DNA of 64,000 bases from Candidatus Marinacidobacterales bacterium (lineage in GTDB: Bacteria; Acidobacteriota; Vicinamibacteria; Marinacidobacterales; SMYC01). The notes under the pieces were generated by a model. It saw only the letters and a list, made by a program, of their open reading frames with translations, did not search any database and had not been told where the DNA came from. Location: assembly GCA_965224085.1 (NCBI GenBank), contig CBDCYI010000005.1, positions 832,001 to 896,000 on the forward strand, written 5' to 3'. Positions 21,499-29,761 of the stretch are shown here, piece by piece; positions within the stretch are counted from its first letter, which is position 1; each line of letters begins with the position of its first letter. A program made the position numbers and the translations under genes.

Positions 21499-21532
21499 TT
21501 GAATCTAGCCAAAATATAGCTATAATATAGCC
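21499..21532 (+). promoter_or_regulatory. Sigma-70 promoter with operator repeats of the TA operon
   Basis: TTGAAT-16 bp-TATAAT; overlapping TATAGC repeats and the palindrome TATAGCTATA; ATG at 21536. Confidence 0.65.
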
Positions 21533-21535
21533 AGA

Positions 21536-21829
21536 ATGCGGCACGAGGTAACCCTCGCTCCCGCGGCCGTGGAGGACTTGAGCAAGCTCAAAGCAACGAT
21601 GCGTGCGCGCGTCCGAGATGCGATTGAGACGCACTTGCGTCACGAGCCGGAAAAGGCGACGCGCAGTCGAATCAAACAGCTGCGCGGATGGTCTCACCCG
21701 CAGTACCGGCTCCGAGTCGACGAAGTCCGCATCTTTTACGACGTGTCCGACGGAGTCGTCGAGGTTCTAGCCATTGTTCCAAAGTCTCGGGCAGCGGCAT
21801 GGCTCGAACAGTTGGGGGATGAAGAATGA
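21536..21829 (+). CDS. RelE/ParE-family type II toxin
   Basis: 97 aa; IKQLRG, YRLRVDEVRIFYDV. Confidence 0.88.
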   Translation: MRHEVTLAPAAVEDLSKLKATMRARVRDAIETHLRHEPEKATRSRIKQLRGWSHPQYRLRVDEVRIFYDVSDGVVEVLAIVPKSRAAAWLEQLGDEE

Positions 21830-22083
21830 AAAAAATAGCGCTCTCTGAAGTCAAAGACGACCTCTCCAGATATTTGCGGCTCGCTGAGAAAGAAGACGTG
21901 ATCATCACTCGACACGGAAAGCCCGCGGGAGTTCTTATCGGTTTCAAGTCGGAAGACGAATGGTTCGACTATCGGTTGGAGAACGACCCACGCTTTCTTG
22001 CAAGAATCGAGACGGCCCGCGCGAGCCTTCGAGCAGGGCGAGGCGTGAAACTCGAAGATGTCGAATTGGGCGACGAGTCGTAA
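21826..22083 (+). CDS. Phd/YefM-family antitoxin
   Basis: LSEVKDDLSRYL, VIITRHGKPAGVL; ATGA overlap with the toxin. Confidence 0.9.
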   Translation: MKKIALSEVKDDLSRYLRLAEKEDVIITRHGKPAGVLIGFKSEDEWFDYRLENDPRFLARIETARASLRAGRGVKLEDVELGDES

Positions 22084-22127
22084 CACTCTCGCCACGAGCC
22101 ACCCCAGCAGCGGATGAATCGGTCCGG

Positions 22128-22200
22128 ACATGTCCTCGACGGTTGAGTCGTCCGGAAGCCCATTGAGCACTTGGGTGACGAATTTCTTGCCCGATGACAT
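22128..22200 (-). pseudogene. N-terminal fragment of a small, possibly antitoxin-like protein
   Basis: MSSGKKFVTQVLNGLPDDSTVEDM, then an abrupt change to unrelated sequence. Confidence 0.4.
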
Positions 22201-22264
22201 GCTTCGAGCCTCTCCAGATTGTATCGTGTAGCGCCAGGCCGAGTCCCGGAAACGAGGTCACAAG

Positions 22265-23728
22265 TTAGCGTGTACCCACGATCGCCTCGCCCGGGAACAC
22301 TCCCTCTCGGATTTCGCCGTCGGTGAGCACGTGGACGCCGTTCACAAAAACGTGAGCGATGCCCGCGGACGGGAGGTCGCCTTTTTCGAACGTCGACCGA
22401 TCGAGGATCGTGTCGGGGTCGAAGAGCGTCAAGTCTGCGTCCGCGCCGACTTGCACGCGGCCTTTGGTTTTCATTTGTGTGGTCGTCCCCTGAAGGCGCT
22501 GGGCGGGAAGCAGCGTCATCTTCGAAAGTGCATCCATCAAGCTGAGCGTTTGGCGGTCGCGCGCATAGTGGCCGAGAACGCGTGAGAAAGTGCCGGCGCC
22601 TCGCGGGTGGGCGGGGCCGTAAAGAAACGGGATGCCGTCGCTTGCGACCATGACGTCCGTTTGCGCGACGATCCACGCGTTGGTCTCCTCGTTGCGGCCG
22701 TGGCTGATGAGCCATCCGCCTTCGCTGCGGTAGCGCGCGAAGCTCTCTCGGGTCAACCGCTCGCCCGTCGCCGGCCATTGCAAGCGCGCGAAGCGCTCAT
22801 TGGGCCAGGACTCCCACGCGTCGTAGGACGCGGACTCGATCCGCGTGGAGCCGGCGGTGTACGGATAGGCTTCCGTCGTCACGTCGATCCCGCGTGCCAC
22901 GGCGCCGCGGATGAGATCGAGCACGACAGGGGCCAGCTCGCCCGCGCTCGAGTTCAAGTGCACGAAATGAAGGGTTGCGCCGGTCGACGCCGCGTTCGCC
23001 AAACATTCCTGAAACGCGCCGAGCGTGCCGCCATTCCCTCGCCCGCGGGTGTGAACGTAGATAGGGACGTCTTGCTCTTTCGCGAGCTTGAAGAGATCGA
23101 AGATCTCGGATCTCGACGCGCCCGGGGTGTAGGTGATACCGAGCCCAAAGCCGAGGCCTCCGTCCTCGAGCCCTTGCTTCATGAGCTCGCGGAGCCTTCG
23201 GCGTTCGGACTCGGTCGTGTCCTTCGACTCGAAGTCTTCGTAGTCGAGAAGATCGGTGCGCTCCGGTGAAAGGGTCGCCCAGCTCTCGAGGTCGGCGCCG
23301 TGGAACAACTTGAGACGAGCTCCAAGGTGGCCCACGGTAGCGCCGTAGTGGATGACGGATTGGCCCGCTTGTTTTTTGAGCCAGCTGTCCATCGGAAAAA
23401 TACCGAACTCCATTTCGAGCGCGGTCGTCACGCCGTCCGCGAGCTGCAGTTTGCGAGAGACGGGGTCCTGGCCGTGCGCATGAAGATCGATGAATCCCGG
23501 CGCGACCACGAGACCGGCCGCGTCGATCGTCCGGGCGCCCGTAAGCGGCTCTTCACGGATCGCGACGATCTTGCCGTCGGCGATACCAACGCTTCGGACA
23601 GCGTCGAGACCGGTCTCGGGATCCATGACGCGGCCGCCCGCAAGCACGATCTCGAAGTCCTGAGCATCGATGGACAGGGCGAGCGCGAGTGTCGCCGCGC
23701 AGACGAGCAAGAACCGAAAGCATTTCAC
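22265..23728 (-). CDS. Secreted amidohydrolase (N-acyl-D-amino-acid deacylase-like)
   Basis: PGFIDLHAHG, EAYPYTAGST, HPRGAGTF, GADADLTLFD; signal peptide after GTG 23728. Confidence 0.88.
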   Translation of the reverse strand: MKCFRFLLVCAATLALALSIDAQDFEIVLAGGRVMDPETGLDAVRSVGIADGKIVAIREEPLTGARTIDAAGLVVAPGFIDLHAHGQDPVSRKLQLADGVTTALEMEFGIFPMDSWLKKQAGQSVIHYGATVGHLGARLKLFHGADLESWATLSPERTDLLDYEDFESKDTTESERRRLRELMKQGLEDGGLGFGLGITYTPGASRSEIFDLFKLAKEQDVPIYVHTRGRGNGGTLGAFQECLANAASTGATLHFVHLNSSAGELAPVVLDLIRGAVARGIDVTTEAYPYTAGSTRIESASYDAWESWPNERFARLQWPATGERLTRESFARYRSEGGWLISHGRNEETNAWIVAQTDVMVASDGIPFLYGPAHPRGAGTFSRVLGHYARDRQTLSLMDALSKMTLLPAQRLQGTTTQMKTKGRVQVGADADLTLFDPDTILDRSTFEKGDLPSAGIAHVFVNGVHVLTDGEIREGVFPGEAIVGTR

Positions 23729-23791
23729 GGGTGGCCTCCCGACGTGAGAGTCCATTCGAAATCATACTATCACCGCAGTTCCGTAGACTTT

Positions 23792-24900
23792 CTAGACGGA
23801 AGAGTGGACTCGACGATCGGTAGATTTCTCCGCCCGCTCTATAAAGAGTCGAGGCCACATGAAGCGCGGCAGTCCCATGGCGAATCTCGCGGCTCGGGTA
23901 ACACCATGCGCGACTTGAAAAGGCAGACGGTAGAGCTCGTTGAAAGGCCCTCCGACGCCGACCGTGCCTTCGATCGCGTTCGGCCAGTGCTGACGAAGTT
24001 CTTTCAGAACACCCGCGGGGTGACGTAGGTAGCTTCCTATCGTCCCGCGCTGTTTGAAACCGGCTCCCCACTGACGGACTACGGTGGGAACGAGCCAGGA
24101 AGGAAGCTCCCGGGCGCGCTCTTTCACCGGGGTCCCGAGAAGGCGCGCCCCGAGTAGCTGATGAGCCAGTCCAAGCGTGCAGGCCACATAGTCCGTGCGC
24201 CGCCGGTCCCCGCTCATGAAATACTCCCAGTCGAAGTGCGCGGGTCGAGACTCGAGCGCCGCCCCGACATCACAAAGCCAAAGGGGACGCGCGACACCGT
24301 GGCGCAACAGGTGCAAGCAAAGCAAGCGAAGATGGTCCTCGGGGCCAGCAGGCGCACCTCGACGCCGCCGAGATTCAGCTGCCGCGCGCGGCCGAACACT
24401 TCTTCAAGGCGGCGATCGTCCAACTCGAGAAATCCTCGATGCAGATCGACCGGCCCCGGTATGGCCGCGTTCAAGGCCATCCGCGCCGTCCTGTGCTGCT
24501 CCGGCCGCACGTAGAGGTCGATGTCACCGTAGGGGCGCAGACCCTGCTCCGGGTACAACTGAGCCGCCGCAAAGCCTTTGGCGAGGAGGGGTTCCACTCC
24601 CGCCTCGCGAAGCACGGCGAGTGCTTTTTGAATTTGGGATTCGTGGATCGCTGTCTGAAGGGTGTGGAGGCGGTAGCCTTGTTTGAGCTCGATCGCAGCC
24701 GGGCAGCTCTGAAGTTTGGTGTCACGCACGCGCCACCAGCCCAAGGCCGCGGCCCCTGAGCCAAGAAGCAATGGTGTGATTTCCTTGAGCTCAGCCGGTG
24801 AGAGATCTAGAGGAAGCTGTTTGCGGCGCCACGCGCCATCGAGCACGGCAGCCACGAGCTTGCCGCGTCGCGCCCACTCCGCGGTCTGAGAGCTGTCCAT
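23792..24900 (-). pseudogene. Nucleotidyltransferase family protein (NTP_transf_5-like), one frameshift near 24340
   Basis: LLAKG, GLRPYGDIDLYV, VDLH in ORF 24214..25077; continues as LCLHLLRHG..LWLCDV in ORF 23792..24325. Confidence 0.82.
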
Positions 24901-24937
24901 CAAAGGTGAACCACAGACCGCTAGCTTTGGCGAGATC

Positions 24938-25453
24938 TCACAAGCAGCCACCAAGTCCGTCGCAGACGCCGGTGATGCAGTCAAACGGAGGACATGAGAG
25001 ACTCGGTGTGCCGGCGTCCTCACCGCCGCAACTGGTAACGCAGGTTGCTGAGGCTTCTGCTGGCGTCGGCGCCACAATCGAAGTGACCAAGGGTAGGAGG
25101 ACCGTGAGTCCCCCTACCAGGCCCAATCTCCGTACCAATTCCCGACGTCCAAAGCGTGCGACCTCCGGCGGTCCGCTTATCCGCTCCTGCAGCAAGCGGG
25201 CCTTGGCTAGCTTGTCGAGCGCCAACCACACCACCGTCTCATCCATCTTGCCAGGCGGTGCCTTCAACTCTTTCTGCAAAAGCGTGGACATTCTTTTGAC
25301 GCTCGTTCGGCCGTCGCAGTGCTTGAAGACGAAGGCAGCGGTCTGATTCAGGCAGTGGGCTCGGTGACGGTCCAAGTCGTAGACCAACGTCTCCTCGGGC
25401 AATTCTTTGATCACCAGCCCATCTTCGCGAACCCGTGGCTTCTTCGATTTCAT
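24938..25453 (-). CDS. PqqD/RRE-domain protein fused to an RR-hydrophobic-AxA segment and a Cys-rich C-terminal peptide
   Basis: ETLVYDLDRHRAHCLNQTAAFVFKHCDG (PqqD-like); GRRELVRRLG..VTSIVAPTPAEA; tail with six Cys. Confidence 0.85.
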   Translation of the reverse strand: MKSKKPRVREDGLVIKELPEETLVYDLDRHRAHCLNQTAAFVFKHCDGRTSVKRMSTLLQKELKAPPGKMDETVVWLALDKLAKARLLQERISGPPEVARFGRRELVRRLGLVGGLTVLLPLVTSIVAPTPAEASATCVTSCGGEDAGTPSLSCPPFDCITGVCDGLGGCL

Positions 25454-25481
25454 CCGTTCGTCTCTTTCTCCGGTCTTTGCT

Positions 25482-26309
25482 TTAGTGACGGCTCACGCAA
25501 CTCGTCAATAGAGATTCGGCCATCTCGCTGGCCTCGCCCCTCACGCCCTTCAGGACCAACGTGTCCGAGACGATCTGCTGCAGCGTGGCGAGCGAGGCCT
25601 CGGGTCTTCGCCGAACGGGCACCGTGTTGGCCATCAGCTCGAGCATGGCCCTGCCAGGGCTCAGTCGGGTGGGGCGCCAGCGCGCCCCGGGCCGGTATTG
25701 GGGCAGCACGACGAGGTCCACGGGAAGGGGTTTCTTGCCTTGAAGGCTACCCAGGGCTTCGGCCGGTAGATTTCTCGCTCGGGTGCCGTTGTTTTCACGC
25801 ATCGAAAGCGGCTTGGGATACGGATGCACGCGCCCTCGATCATCGAACACCGCAAATTCATCGGAATAGTACGTCGCTCCAGCTCGCAACAGCTCCGCCA
25901 CCAAGGTCGTTTTGCCGCTGAAACTGCGCCCTGGGATAACAATGGCCCGTCCGCGCCAACCTACGACGCCCGCGTGCACAAAGACTCTGCGACGCGCCGC
26001 CGAAGCTACGTCGAGCCGTAAGTCGGATTCGAGAACTTCGAGGACCTTGTCGAGATCCATGGTGCGCGCCCGCCTTGCCACTCCCGAGTACAGCAAGTTG
26101 TACCGTCGAACGTGCGGTCGCACGCGGCCGCCAACCCTAAGCGAGTACATCGTGTCGACGACCGGGGTCCGGGAGGCCTTCCACCCAGGTGGAAGGTGCT
26201 CGGGAAGCCGCTCCAAAACCTCCGGCTTGCTGACTCGGATCCCGATGCGCACTTCGTACGAAACGAAGCATGTACCGGCCGCCCACCCGAGGCGGTCTAA
26301 CTTCGCCAT
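25482..26309 (-). CDS. HPr kinase-related P-loop kinase
   Basis: FVHAGVV, GRSFSGKTT, YYSDEFA. Confidence 0.85.
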   Translation of the reverse strand: MAKLDRLGWAAGTCFVSYEVRIGIRVSKPEVLERLPEHLPPGWKASRTPVVDTMYSLRVGGRVRPHVRRYNLLYSGVARRARTMDLDKVLEVLESDLRLDVASAARRRVFVHAGVVGWRGRAIVIPGRSFSGKTTLVAELLRAGATYYSDEFAVFDDRGRVHPYPKPLSMRENNGTRARNLPAEALGSLQGKKPLPVDLVVLPQYRPGARWRPTRLSPGRAMLELMANTVPVRRRPEASLATLQQIVSDTLVLKGVRGEASEMAESLLTSCVSRH

Positions 26310-26443
26310 TCACGTGGAGCGTTTCTTGAACCGGGGCATCAAGTTTGGCAGCGTGGGCATATGGGTTCTCTGTTTCCTCCGATGCGCGTATGAGCGTCAT
26401 CAACGCGGGTCCATCGAATGGAGTTCTCTGAACACGTTGGACA

Positions 26444-26459
26444 TGCAAGCTCCGCGCCA
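26444..26459 (-). promoter_or_regulatory. Sigma-54 promoter of the kinase-PqqD-nucleotidyltransferase operon
   Basis: Minus strand TGGCGC-GGAGC-TTGCA. Confidence 0.75.
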
Positions 26460-26554
26460 ATCTTTGGAAGCTGGCGAGCTCAGCCCTAAACAACTCACCA
26501 TCAACAGCTTCGCGGCGTGATCCCGCACGACAAAGGGAAGGAGGTACTAGTGAA

Positions 26555-26571
26555 GCGGGGATATCCCTACA
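26555..26571 (-). promoter_or_regulatory. Putative enhancer (UAS) matching those of the C25 genes
   Basis: Minus strand TGTAGGGATATCCCCGC, 112 bp from the -24 box. Confidence 0.6.
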
Positions 26572-26674
26572 GCAGCGCGCCAAATTTGGGAACGAACTTC
26601 GTTTCCCGGTTTCTCGGTCCGCCCCGGGCAAGGGAGCGCGGAGCGACCGAGCACATAGTGCTAGAATCCCCTCC

Positions 26675-27895
26675 GTGCGACCGTGGTCTCTACTAGCCTT
26701 GGCTCTAGCGCTGGCCCAGTGTGCGGGCCCACAGGACGACGGGAACGAGTCGGTGCCCATGTTCACTTTCGGAGACGATCTCGAGTTTCTGCGACAGCGT
26801 AACGACGTGATCCTGCTCGCGTCAGGCGACGCGCAAGTCGCCGTCGTCGCCGCGTACCAGGGACGCGTCATGACGAGCACGTCGGGAGGCCTCGGCGGCC
26901 CAAGCTTCGGCTGGCTCAACCGCGAGCACATCGCGGCCGCCAAGCGCGTCCCCCATATCAACGTGTTCGGGGGCGAAGACCGCTTCTGGCTCGGCCCGGA
27001 AGGCGGTCAGTTCTCGATCTTTTTCAAGGAAGGCGATAGCTTCGACCTTGAGCATTGGCAAACGCCCGAGCCTATCGACTGGGGCGCGTGGGAGGTGACC
27101 GAGGAAGGTCCGTCGCATGCGCGCTTCCAAAAAACCATCGAGCTCGTGAACTATTCTGGAACGACGCTGGCGCTCATCGCCGATCGCACTGTTCGCTTGC
27201 TCGACGAAGCCGACCGGCGCCTCGATATCGAGCTCGGCGAGCAAACGATATACGTCGCTTTCGAGTCGGAGAACACGATTACGAATAGCGGCGACCAAGC
27301 ATGGAGCAAAAAGACCGGGCTCGTTTCCATTTGGATTCTCGGCATGTTCAAGCCGTCGCCTTCGACGACGATCGTCATCCCTTTCGTCGAGGGCGCGGAC
27401 GCGACCCATGGTCCCATCGTCAACGACGCCTATTTCGGGAAAGTGCCGGGCGACCGGCTCCGACAAGAGCCCGGGGTGATGTTGTTTCGTGGCGATGGCG
27501 CGTACCGGAGCAAGATCGGCGTGTCCCGCCGTCGCGCGGTCCCCATCGTCGGGAGCTACGACGCCGAAAACGGCGTTCTCACACTCGTACATTACTCGCT
27601 CCTAGAGGCCGCGACGGATTACGTCAACAGCATGTGGGAGATTCAAGACGAGCCCTTTGCGGGGGACGTCGTGAACAGCTACAACGACGGTCCGCCCGAG
27701 CCGGGCGCTAAGCCGCTCGGGCCGTTCTACGAGCTCGAGACCTCGTCCGCTGCCGCAGAGCTCGCACCGGGCGAGAGCCTCACCCACGTGCATCAAACGT
27801 TTCACTTCCAAGGGCCGGTACAAGAGCTCGACGCGATCGCGCAAACGACACTCAACGTCTCGCTCGGGCAAATCACCGCCGCGTTCTCGCCGTGA
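26675..27895 (+). CDS. DUF6786-like exported protein or lipoprotein
   Basis: QGRVMTST, GGEDRFWLGPEGGQFS, NSYNDGP, GPFYELETSS; N-terminal signal with Cys. Confidence 0.7.
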   Translation: MRPWSLLALALALAQCAGPQDDGNESVPMFTFGDDLEFLRQRNDVILLASGDAQVAVVAAYQGRVMTSTSGGLGGPSFGWLNREHIAAAKRVPHINVFGGEDRFWLGPEGGQFSIFFKEGDSFDLEHWQTPEPIDWGAWEVTEEGPSHARFQKTIELVNYSGTTLALIADRTVRLLDEADRRLDIELGEQTIYVAFESENTITNSGDQAWSKKTGLVSIWILGMFKPSPSTTIVIPFVEGADATHGPIVNDAYFGKVPGDRLRQEPGVMLFRGDGAYRSKIGVSRRRAVPIVGSYDAENGVLTLVHYSLLEAATDYVNSMWEIQDEPFAGDVVNSYNDGPPEPGAKPLGPFYELETSSAAAELAPGESLTHVHQTFHFQGPVQELDAIAQTTLNVSLGQITAAFSP

Positions 27896-28845
27896 ACCCA
27901 TTCGAGACCGCAGAGATCGGGCACACGAACTTGCTCGTCAGCCGGCTGGGTCTCGGCGGCGCACCGCTCGGCGGTCTGTTCACGAGCGTCGGTGAAACCA
28001 CCGCACAAGACACGGTTCTCGCAGCCTACGACGCGGGGCTGCGCTACTTCGACACAGCACCGTTCTACGGGCACGGTATGTCCGAAACGCGGCTCGGGAG
28101 CGTCCTCTGCCACTACCCTCGCGATGACTTCACCCTCTCGACCAAAGTGGGGCGCGTGCTCGTGCCGCCGGATGCCGGCGGCATAGAGGACCACCAATAT
28201 AAGGATGTGTTGCCCTTGAACCCAGAATTCGACTTCAGCGCGGACGGCATCCGGCGCTCGTTCGAATCGAGCTTGGAGCGGCTCGGCCTCGACCGCATCG
28301 ACATCGCGCTCATCCACGATCCGGACGATCACTACGAGCAAGCGCTTTGTGAAGCCTTCCCCGCCCTCGCCCGCATGCGGGAGGAAGGCATCGTAAGCGC
28401 CGTCGGTGCGGGTATGAATCAGTGGGAGATGCTCTACGACTTCGCGCGCGAGGCGGACTTCGACTGCTTTTCGCTCGCGGGCCGCTACACGCTTCTCGAC
28501 CAGAGTGCGGATGCCAAGCTTCTGCCGGAATGCGAGAATCGCGGCATCTCGATCATTCTCGGCGGTCCGTACAATAGCGGTGTCCTCGCCGGCGGCGAGC
28601 ACTACAATTACGAGACGGCGCCGCCCGCGATTGTCGCAGGGAAAAAGAAGCTCGAAACGCTTTGCGCCGAGCACGACGTACCGTTGAAAGCGGCCGCGCT
28701 TCAGTTCCCGCTGCGACACCCCGCCATCGTTTGTGTCCTCGCGGGGGCGCGCACCGCGTCCGAAGTGCGCGAGAATGTCGAGATGATGGCCCACCCTATC
28801 CCACGCCGTTTCTGGGACGCTTTGACGGAGGAGCTCCATGTCTAG
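27892..28845 (+). CDS. Aldo/keto reductase (D-threo-aldose 1-dehydrogenase-like)
   Basis: FDTAPFYGHG, STKVGR, IHDPD, GGPYNSG. Confidence 0.9.
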   Translation: MNPFETAEIGHTNLLVSRLGLGGAPLGGLFTSVGETTAQDTVLAAYDAGLRYFDTAPFYGHGMSETRLGSVLCHYPRDDFTLSTKVGRVLVPPDAGGIEDHQYKDVLPLNPEFDFSADGIRRSFESSLERLGLDRIDIALIHDPDDHYEQALCEAFPALARMREEGIVSAVGAGMNQWEMLYDFAREADFDCFSLAGRYTLLDQSADAKLLPECENRGISIILGGPYNSGVLAGGEHYNYETAPPAIVAGKKKLETLCAEHDVPLKAAALQFPLRHPAIVCVLAGARTASEVRENVEMMAHPIPRRFWDALTEELHV

Positions 28846-29761
28846 ATTTTTTGGCTTTTTTTTCTATGCGGGTCTCGTGGCTTGTGCATCCGAGAAGAAG
28901 GAGGAGACGGTCCTGGCCGGCTTCGACACGGGTATGATCGGACGGTGGGATGTTACCGTCCAAGGAGAGGACAGCTACCCGCTCTGGTTCGAGCTGCTGG
29001 ATCACGGAAGCGAGCTTGCCGGGCGTCTTCAACCTCGCGGCGGACATGCGCTCCCCTTCGACGCCGTCCAGGCATCCGGCAGCTCGCTGACCTTGCAAGT
29101 CGGCAAGACGATCTACGTGGGCACTTTCAACGTCAATCGATGGCGCGGTACGGGAACGCGCGACGAGACGACCTTCACGTGGACGGCCGTCCGAGCGCCC
29201 GAGCTCCCCGCTCCGGACAATCCTACGTGGGGTGATCCTACCGAGCTTTTCAACGGAAAGGACTTGACCGGTTGGGTGCCGCAGCTCGGCGACCGTCCGA
29301 ATGAATGGCGAGCGGAAGACGGCGTTCTCTTGAACGAAGAATCGGGCGACAATCTCATGACGGCCGCGAAGTTCATGAACTTCAAGCTCCACATCGAAGT
29401 CAACGTCCCCCCCGAAAGCAATAGCGGGATCTACCTACGGGGACGGCACGAGGTCCAAGTTCAAGACGACCACGGGAAGGAGCCCCACAGCCAGAACATG
29501 GGGGGCATCTATGGACAAGTCACGCCGACGTCCAATGCTGCACTCCCGGCAAATGAGTGGCAGGTCTTCGATATCACGCTCCTCGGCCGTTGGGTTACCG
29601 TCGCGTTGAACGGCGAGACCATCATCGACCATCAGGAGATCCCCGGGATCACGGGCGGTGCTCTCGACGCGAATGAAGGCGAGCCGGGGCCGATCCTCCT
29701 ACAGGGCGATCACGGCCGCGTGCTCTACCGAAACATCGTTCTCACGCCGACAACATCATGA
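28838..29761 (+). CDS. DUF1080 (3-keto-disaccharide hydrolase-like) lipoprotein
   Basis: LFNGKDLTGW, NSGIYLRG, LQGDHG..YRNI; lipobox LVAC. Confidence 0.88.
   Translation: MSRFFGFFFYAGLVACASEKKEETVLAGFDTGMIGRWDVTVQGEDSYPLWFELLDHGSELAGRLQPRGGHALPFDAVQASGSSLTLQVGKTIYVGTFNVNRWRGTGTRDETTFTWTAVRAPELPAPDNPTWGDPTELFNGKDLTGWVPQLGDRPNEWRAEDGVLLNEESGDNLMTAAKFMNFKLHIEVNVPPESNSGIYLRGRHEVQVQDDHGKEPHSQNMGGIYGQVTPTSNAALPANEWQVFDITLLGRWVTVALNGETIIDHQEIPGITGGALDANEGEPGPILLQGDHGRVLYRNIVLTPTTS

Noticed and set aside
23792-26309. Calling the operon a lasso peptide cluster
   Set aside because: No asparagine-synthetase-like cyclase or transglutaminase-like B2 protease nearby, and no lasso-type precursor
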